In this document: positions 57,958 to 64,000 of the stretch, piece by piece
Layout of the letters: each line of letters opens with the position of its first letter
Numbering within the stretch: the stretch's first letter is position 1
Assembly: GCA_964550955.1 (NCBI GenBank)
Contig: CAZKAF010000001.1
Coordinates: 238,728-302,727 of the forward strand
Direction: 5' to 3'
DNA length: 64,000 bases
From: an uncultured Candidatus Saccharibacteria bacterium
GTDB lineage: Bacteria; Patescibacteriota; Minisyncoccia; Phycocordibacterales; CAIZLB01
The notes under the pieces: model-generated
What the model was told of the DNA's origin: nothing
Databases searched by the model: none
What the model saw: the letters and a program-made list of their open reading frames with translations, nothing else
Program-made: the position numbers and the translations under genes

Positions 57958-58608
57958 TCACGGATTCTTGACCACGAGAAGCCTGAGCCCGTCGCGAGAC
58001 AGCCTCATGGATTCCTCGACCATGAGATGCAGTTCGGAATCCCCGACTTGCATTCCCTTGAACGAGTCTTCATTTTGCGGATCAGCATACAGCGCGCGCA
58101 CGGCCCACTGACTGGCTCCGGGAAAGATGAAAGACGTTCCGAGAGCCCAGAAAGGCCTCTTGTTGCCAGCCGCAGCCTTGAGGCTGTCGCCGAGACAGGC
58201 CATCTCAGGCCCCGTGGCCGGACGGTACCCGGCCAGAGCGAGTTCCTCCAGGATTACGTGGAAGTATGCTTCTTCCTGCTTCTTCATCCGAGCGATTTCT
58301 GGATTGCTTTTTTCAAGCTTCTCGAATGAGTACTCGACCAAAGCCAGGCTTAATTTGCCTGTCTTCGACGGATCGGAAAAATGCTCCATGTGAGCATTTG
58401 GCGGAGCCGTGGTCCTGATCGTTTCGAAAGCTCCGAAGCCCGGACTCTTGGGAGTCACGTCGAGGTCGGGAGTTTCTCCCAAGACGACGATTTCCGGTTC
58501 CGGAACGGCCTCCGCGGCAGAGTCGCCTTGCGCCTGGGCGAAGACAACCTGCATGGCGAGGATTCCGCAGAGAGTGAGCAGCACGGGCGAGATGAGTATG
58601 AGAATAAG
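57958..58608 (-). CDS. hypothetical secreted protein
   Basis: Signal peptide MKRLILILISPVLLTLCGILAMQVVFAQA. Start placed at the MKRL Met; the longer ORF begins at 58698. Confidence 0.45.
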   Translation of the reverse strand, partial: LILILISPVLLTLCGILAMQVVFAQAQGDSAAEAVPEPEIVVLGETPDLDVTPKSPGFGAFETIRTTAPPNAHMEHFSDPSKTGKLSLALVEYSFEKLEKSNPEIARMKKQEEAYFHVILEELALAGYRPATGPEMACLGDSLKAAAGNKRPFWALGTSFIFPGASQWAVRALYADPQNEDSFKGMQVGDSELHLMVEESMRLSRDGLRLLVVKNP

Positions 58609-58817
58609 ACGTTTCATTTCTGTATTTCTGTATTTCTGGGTTGCTGAGAGGTTGATGGATGTTTCGATTTGCCTTCGTATCAAGCTCGTCGCTGACAAAG
58701 AAAGAACGCAAGCCGGACCGGCTTGCGAATTCGTTTCGTCGATTGCAAAGAGCTTGAACCGGAGACCACCGTATCACAGCGAAAAGATTATGTCGATAGG
58801 ACGCCGGGCGGCGCTTG

Positions 58818-59903
58818 CTAGCTGTCCCTTCCGGCCGAATCCGGCCTCAATTTTCGTATAAAAAGAGTGGTTCCGTTATGAGTATTGGCGGTATACGCGT
58901 TAAATTGAGGAGAATCGAGCAGGACTTTTACCTGCTTAACAAATTCATCGTAACATTCGCCGTCTTGCCCGTCTTCCCGAGACGAAATGGGGAATATCCG
59001 GGCAACCCCGCCTTCGTCCAAGGTTTCGGTTATGGTTTCGAACATGCCCTCTATTTCTTCCGGAGTGGACAGATAGTATGGCACGGAGAATGATGCCCAT
59101 ATCTCGTCAACCTTCGGCGCGCCTATCCGCCCCAATTCTTGACGCACCATATCCGGGTCTTCGGCCTTTACGGGGATTGAAACATAAGGATATTTTGATC
59201 CTTTCTCCGCCCTTTCCTGATGCAGATACGGATCAGCGTTTATCATGATTTCAGGCATGATTTCCTTCTCGATCAAGTCTTCGGCTGAATGGCCGCCGCC
59301 AAGCATCAGTACCCTCTTTCCGGCAATCTTGCCCTGCAGATACGTCACTGATTCGGGCGTGACCGTGCCGACCTCGAACAGCGTCTGCATGTACGGAACG
59401 TTATCGAATCCGCGCGCCTGACCGAAAAATTTCCTCGACTGATTCGTATGCTCGAATGTGGTATGGCCGTCCTCCCTCGTCTTTCCGTAATTCTCCGAGT
59501 ATTTATAGGACATTTTCACGGATTCCAGCACGAAAGCGTTTTTCTCATCGTCGAACTTGGCATCAAGCCCTCGCTGAAATTCGGCTGTTCCCTGAACCTC
59601 ATTGAGATACGCCAGCGATTTTTGGTAAAAATTAGCATACTCGGGATAGCCAGCCGCGTTCAGGCCCTTGACAAGCATCGCGTTGCCGTCCTTTCTTTCT
59701 ATGTCGCTCACGAACAGCTCGTTGACCCGCTCAAGATATTCCTCGGGCTGCTCGCCTTCCGTGACAGGCAGCGCTTCGGCATTCTCGAAATCAAAGGGTT
59801 CATTTTCAAAATCCGAAGCCTCTTCGATGCCTGAAATATCGAGTCCTCTTTCGTCGTCCGGAGTGTCCGGCTGATTCTTTTCAAAATTAGATTCTGGGTT
59901 CAT
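58818..59903 (-). CDS. hypothetical protein, acidic N-terminus; possible Rossmann-like (VLMLGGGHS) domain
   Basis: 361 aa, a D/E-rich first 60 aa, and a Gly-rich loop reminiscent of MTase motif I. Weak. Confidence 0.4.
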   Translation of the reverse strand: MNPESNFEKNQPDTPDDERGLDISGIEEASDFENEPFDFENAEALPVTEGEQPEEYLERVNELFVSDIERKDGNAMLVKGLNAAGYPEYANFYQKSLAYLNEVQGTAEFQRGLDAKFDDEKNAFVLESVKMSYKYSENYGKTREDGHTTFEHTNQSRKFFGQARGFDNVPYMQTLFEVGTVTPESVTYLQGKIAGKRVLMLGGGHSAEDLIEKEIMPEIMINADPYLHQERAEKGSKYPYVSIPVKAEDPDMVRQELGRIGAPKVDEIWASFSVPYYLSTPEEIEGMFETITETLDEGGVARIFPISSREDGQDGECYDEFVKQVKVLLDSPQFNAYTANTHNGTTLFIRKLRPDSAGRDS

Positions 59904-59990
59904 GGGCTACAGTATAGCAGAAATGCTATATGGAACATGTCCTGCCGAGGCAAACGCATCGAACGGTCCAAAACTGGGGCAAGCTGCAAA

Positions 59991-61232
59991 CTACAGGCTC
60001 TCGCTGCTCGTGCCAATCGCCCGCGATTCGCCCGCCGACCCTCGCATGGCCGACGTGCCGAGCGTCAAGACGGACGTGATGATCAGAATCATGCAGGTAA
60101 CTTCGAACGCCTGCTTCTTGTGAGCGCCGAACGAATGCCCGAGCTTGGCCAAAAATGCAAGAATGCCTTTTCTTTCATGGCTGCCGGACGCTGACGAATG
60201 ACCATGCGCCGCATGGCTGATTGAAAATATTAAAATGCCCGACATCAGGACCATCATCCCGAGAAGAATGTTCTTCGCGAGCTCTTTCTGATTCACGAAT
60301 ACGGACGTGAAAATTTTCTCCATGAGAGGGTTTCGCCCATCCGCCGCGCCCGCATCTGGCGCGGCCACCAAGGAACCGCTCACGATCTGCTCGTCCTGCT
60401 CTCCGCCCTCTGTGCCGAGAACGAAGGATGCGGTGCTCGTCGGCGCGGAATCTCCGGCCGGTTCGCCGAAAGCTACCAGCGCGGTCGTCGTGGCAGGACC
60501 CGAACTTGAAGCCGCGACGCCCTGAGCAGATGCGACCAGGCTCGCGCTGACGGGATTAGCCGGAGGCTGCAACGCTAGGTCCGCCTGCGCGGCCCTCAGC
60601 GGCGCATTGATCACTGCCGAAGATCCCGACGGCGCGGCAAAGAACTGCACCACGAAGATAGTGGACCTTCCTTCATACATGCCCTCTGCGGTGCCTATGC
60701 CGGTCTCGGTAAATCGCGGATTGGCGAGATTCTTCTTATGGGCAGGCGAATTGATCCAGGCCTGCGTCACGTCGGACGATTCCGTGAAATTAATCGCCAG
60801 ATTCTCGCCGGCATATGAAAAATTGTACCCGGCCCTCTGCATCCAGACCCACGGCTTTTCATTTTCAGGACCGAGATGCGAAAAATATCCTTTCTGCGCC
60901 ATGTCTTCCGCCTTCATCTTGGCAGCCCGCGCAAGAACCGGATTCTCAGCCAGTGCCAGAATCTGATTTTCCTGCCTATACTGATTTGTCTGGGAATTCA
61001 GGACGCCCGGCAAGACCGCTCCGAGCATCGCCTGAAAATTGGGAATGCTCGCCAGAATGGGCTTGAGGGCGCCGGAAAGGAGCACGACTTGGGAAACCAG
61101 GGTCAGGCCGAGCAGAAAAAACAGAATTTCCGTCTTCAGGAGATGAGGAATACCGCCGTTGTCATCCGTTCGCACGAAAAAGTGCTTGGCCTTGTGCCAG
61201 AGAGTGTTTCTAGGATTTTCGCCCTGATTCAT
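59991..61232 (-). CDS. CAP/SCP (YkwD-like) domain protein, membrane-anchored
   Basis: N-terminal TM, a CAP-domain motif pattern (GYFSH, YAGENLA, WINSPAHKKN), and a low-complexity Ala/Ser linker. Confidence 0.7.
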   Translation of the reverse strand: MNQGENPRNTLWHKAKHFFVRTDDNGGIPHLLKTEILFFLLGLTLVSQVVLLSGALKPILASIPNFQAMLGAVLPGVLNSQTNQYRQENQILALAENPVLARAAKMKAEDMAQKGYFSHLGPENEKPWVWMQRAGYNFSYAGENLAINFTESSDVTQAWINSPAHKKNLANPRFTETGIGTAEGMYEGRSTIFVVQFFAAPSGSSAVINAPLRAAQADLALQPPANPVSASLVASAQGVAASSSGPATTTALVAFGEPAGDSAPTSTASFVLGTEGGEQDEQIVSGSLVAAPDAGAADGRNPLMEKIFTSVFVNQKELAKNILLGMMVLMSGILIFSISHAAHGHSSASGSHERKGILAFLAKLGHSFGAHKKQAFEVTCMILIITSVLTLGTSAMRGSAGESRAIGTSSESL

Positions 61233-61347
61233 AAAGACATGTTACTACAATTCTGTAAAGTACACAAAAACCCCGGCCTCCTGCCGGGGTTTTTGTGATG
61301 CGGGCCTGACAGGCGTCAGTGTCCCCTAAATGCTGGATGCTTTCAGG

Positions 61348-63366
61348 CTATCGGTTGAGCGCGGCTCGCGTAAGCGGACCGACGAAGCCCGAAACAGGAT
61401 TAATCTGATTCGTCGCCTGGTACAGCTTTAACGAGAAGAGCGTAATCGGACCGAAGTAGCCGGTCGGATTGACCTTGAAGAATCCTTCCGCCGCCAGTCG
61501 CTTCTGAAGCTCGAGAACGTCGTTGTTTCTCATGCCATATCGAAGGTTCTGGGCAAAGTTGAATGTCTCGATACCGAGCACCTGTCCGATTGATCCGGTT
61601 GTCGGAGCCGGAGCGGAAATTACCGTAGGGAAAAAGCCTACAGGAGCGCCTCCCCCGCCAGTTCGAACTCCCACCCCGTCAGGAAATGTCGGAGTTGCTG
61701 GTCCGGGAGCGACAGGATCCGCGTAAAGCGTCGTCAGGCCGGCATCAATATACCAAGGCTTGGTCGAGATAGTTCCCGTTGCCGTCGTGGTGGCAAAATC
61801 AGGAGCTGCGCTTCCCCACCAGTTTTCAGTGGCATTAAGCGCGTTAGCCGTGTCGAGATTCTTGATCTTGAATCCGTCCATGCTGTTTCGCTTGAACGTG
61901 ATCTGCGAAGCGTCGGCGACCACCGAGTTGGAGCTTGACCAGTCTGCACTGAAGTCATACTCATCTCCCGTAGCGCTTGAAACGCCCGTGATGCTGTTGT
62001 TGGTGATAGTCACATTCTTCGGAACGATCGCGCTTCCGCCAGTCGGAGTCACTTCGATTCCTCGAGCCCATCCCTTAGATACGATTGAGTCGATCTTGTT
62101 GCCATCGACAGTCACGCCGTCAACGACGCCCTGCACCATGATGCCGTATGCGCCGCTGGTGTTGGCATTGTTCACGGACGTCATGATGTTGTTTGAAACG
62201 TTCACGTTGCTTAGGACGGTGCCTGCGCTATAGACATGAACGCCCTTCACTGAGGCTCCGCTCCAAGACGGATTAGTTATCGTGAATCCCTTGAAAGACA
62301 CGTCGCTTGAATAAATAGCAACTTGGCCAGTGATGACAGCCTCGGCCGCTCGAGATCCCGTGCCGGCTACGCCAGCATTAGGGCCAGCAACCGTAACTGC
62401 CTTGCTGATAGTCACATTTTCATTGTATGCACCAGCCGCGACATTGATAGTTCCGCCCGCGCCGACCCGAGGAAGAGCCTCGGCAATCGTCTTGTATGGA
62501 GAATCCTTGAGACCGTTTCCTGTAGAAGTTACGCTTGAATCAACATACACAGTAGCCAAAACAGCGTTATTCTTAACAGGCGTCTGATTTTCAACCGCAG
62601 CGTTGTTGTTTGCAACTGACAAGGAAACAATATCCGCGTAATTGTTAGCAGCAGGACAAGTTGCCGAATCAGCAACAAGCGTAGGGCAAACAATTGCAAT
62701 ATCGACTGCATTTCCACTGAACGTATTGTCTGTGAAAGTTGCACCAGCATCTGAAACCACAACCCAACCCCTTGTTCCAGACACTTCGTTGTTTGAAACA
62801 GTACCTACTGCATTATTTATGTATGCAGGCTGCCTGACTCCTGAAATAGTATTCCCTGAAACTGTAAATCCAGCTGCCGTTCCGCTAATTTCCAGGGCCC
62901 TGACCGTTTCAGGATCACCCAAAACATAGTCGCCGATGAATATATTATTGGAAATTGTTACATTTGCAGCCTGAACTTGAACCAGATTAACGGTCCCGGT
63001 CTTGTCAGTTTTCACAAACTGCAAATCTGAAATTATTACATTTGGAGCTGTAATCGTAAAAACGTTGCCACCGCCGGAAGTCTCAATCTTTCCTGAATTT
63101 ACTCCCTTAATGGTAATCTCCTTGTTTACAGTAACTGAACTCGTCGTGACGATAGTTCCGTCGATAATGATCGAGTCGCCATCGACGGCAACAGCCATCG
63201 CGTCCCCAATAGTTGGGTACGGATTGTCGGATGTTCCGATGTCCGCTCCGGAATCAGCGATTGTAGTTCCCACATAAATGTCTGTAATGGCGCGTGCCGT
63301 CCCGGGAAGAGACAAAGCGATTGCGAACAATCCAGACACGAAAGCAACTTTGAATAAAGTTTTCAT
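61348..63366 (-). CDS. secreted right-handed beta-helix repeat protein with C-terminal peptidoglycan-binding (PG_binding_1-like) domain
   Basis: Signal peptide, then repetitive G/N/T/V-rich beta-helix-like turns (NN-I, GN-I motifs), and C-terminal ...LQKRLAAEGFF...GYFGPITLFSLKLYQ.... Confidence 0.65.
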   Translation of the reverse strand: MKTLFKVAFVSGLFAIALSLPGTARAITDIYVGTTIADSGADIGTSDNPYPTIGDAMAVAVDGDSIIIDGTIVTTSSVTVNKEITIKGVNSGKIETSGGGNVFTITAPNVIISDLQFVKTDKTGTVNLVQVQAANVTISNNIFIGDYVLGDPETVRALEISGTAAGFTVSGNTISGVRQPAYINNAVGTVSNNEVSGTRGWVVVSDAGATFTDNTFSGNAVDIAIVCPTLVADSATCPAANNYADIVSLSVANNNAAVENQTPVKNNAVLATVYVDSSVTSTGNGLKDSPYKTIAEALPRVGAGGTINVAAGAYNENVTISKAVTVAGPNAGVAGTGSRAAEAVITGQVAIYSSDVSFKGFTITNPSWSGASVKGVHVYSAGTVLSNVNVSNNIMTSVNNANTSGAYGIMVQGVVDGVTVDGNKIDSIVSKGWARGIEVTPTGGSAIVPKNVTITNNSITGVSSATGDEYDFSADWSSSNSVVADASQITFKRNSMDGFKIKNLDTANALNATENWWGSAAPDFATTTATGTISTKPWYIDAGLTTLYADPVAPGPATPTFPDGVGVRTGGGGAPVGFFPTVISAPAPTTGSIGQVLGIETFNFAQNLRYGMRNNDVLELQKRLAAEGFFKVNPTGYFGPITLFSLKLYQATNQINPVSGFVGPLTRAALNR

Positions 63367-63611
63367 GAATCTTTTTATATTTTAAATTTAGGCCCAGGAT
63401 TTTAGCTCTGAACCAAGCTAATAAAGTAAGCCAAGACTACTCTTCATGAATTGCGTTGTCAACGCAAAAAAGTGAAAATTTGATAAGGAAAAAGTAAAAA
63501 ACATTACCAGGAAACAGAAAACTGAGACGCGCAACACTTGCGCATAAAATCCCCATTTTCAGAGGCTTTTAAATTGCACGAGGAAAATGCGAGGCAAAAA
63601 GGAGAGCTCTT

Positions 63612-64000
63612 CTACCCAAAGATGATGAACGCGCTAACGAGACCGACGAGAATGGCCAAGCCCAAGACCAGGCAGAGCGCCAAGGCGCCTATCGAAGCGA
63701 TGCTGAGCGCGCTTCCCTTTTCACCGGTGACGCTGATCTGCCTGAGAGAAAGGCCTGCCGATATCAGGATGGTTGCCGGCGCGAGCACCGCCATCATCAT
63801 GATCGTTCTGGAGCTTATGTTGAAGATGCCGCTGACCGCGACCGGCATGTAAAGCACGAAAAAAACCGTCGTCGCGAAGCTCAGGACAGAAAGCTTGTTG
63901 AAGCCCTTGAGAAGGCTCATTTTCCTGAATTCCCGCTTGAGCTCGGAGAGAGCCTTTTGGAAATTCTTCCTGTTCGATTGTGCGATGGTTATTGTTGACA
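63612..64000 (-). CDS. membrane protein, C-terminal fragment (possibly FtsX-like permease); 5' end outside window
   Basis: The reading frame stays open to the window edge upstream of the annotated Met. The C-terminus has 3 TM helices. Confidence 0.4.
   Translation of the reverse strand, partial: STITIAQSNRKNFQKALSELKREFRKMSLLKGFNKLSVLSFATTVFFVLYMPVAVSGIFNISSRTIMMMAVLAPATILISAGLSLRQISVTGEKGSALSIASIGALALCLVLGLAILVGLVSAFIIFG

Noticed and set aside
1-64000. CRISPR array, cas genes, tRNA/rRNA genes, transposase/integrase, DGR reverse transcriptase
   Set aside because: No regularly spaced direct repeats, no cloverleaf-like intergenic segments, no rRNA-like conserved stretches, and no ORF with RT (YxDD) or DDE/tyrosine recombinase motifs were seen on visual scanning. 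An exhaustive scan cannot be done by eye, so the window should be checked with tRNAscan-SE, Infernal and CRISPR finders.

Overview
The window is a 64-kb bacterial chromosomal segment, about 55% GC, with compact genes that frequently overlap and lie almost entirely on the minus strand. Short housekeeping proteins, many lineage-specific hypothetical proteins and a free type IV pilin suggest a reduced-genome bacterium of the Patescibacteria (Candidate Phyla Radiation, CPR) type; this is inference only. Recognisable core genes (positions on the + axis) are: a partial MsbA-like ABC exporter, trpS, a lipid/phosphatase cluster, dnaJ-dnaK, purD-purF, grpE, rplM-rpsI, the alpha operon infA-rpmJ-rpsM-rpsK-rpsD-rpoA-rplQ, alaS, an epimerase, pepF, mnmA, two mltG paralogs, leuS, ychF, an ECF sigma factor with an anti-sigma-like partner, and nrdAB. 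Three paralogous 7TM sensor histidine kinases have no response regulator anywhere in the window. I found no rRNA, tRNA, CRISPR array or transposase. Most interesting: (1) a nuclease pair, an ATP-cone domain fused to an Mrr-like restriction endonuclease beside a Cas4-like Fe-S nuclease, which may be a nucleotide-sensing defence module; (2) an RNR small subunit with a Glu/Phe (class Ic-like) metal site; (3) a low-GC plus-strand islet; (4) a sigma-70 region-4 + HARE-HTH fusion protein; (5) clusters of secreted and envelope proteins. All calls come from reading the translations and sequence, with no database searches.
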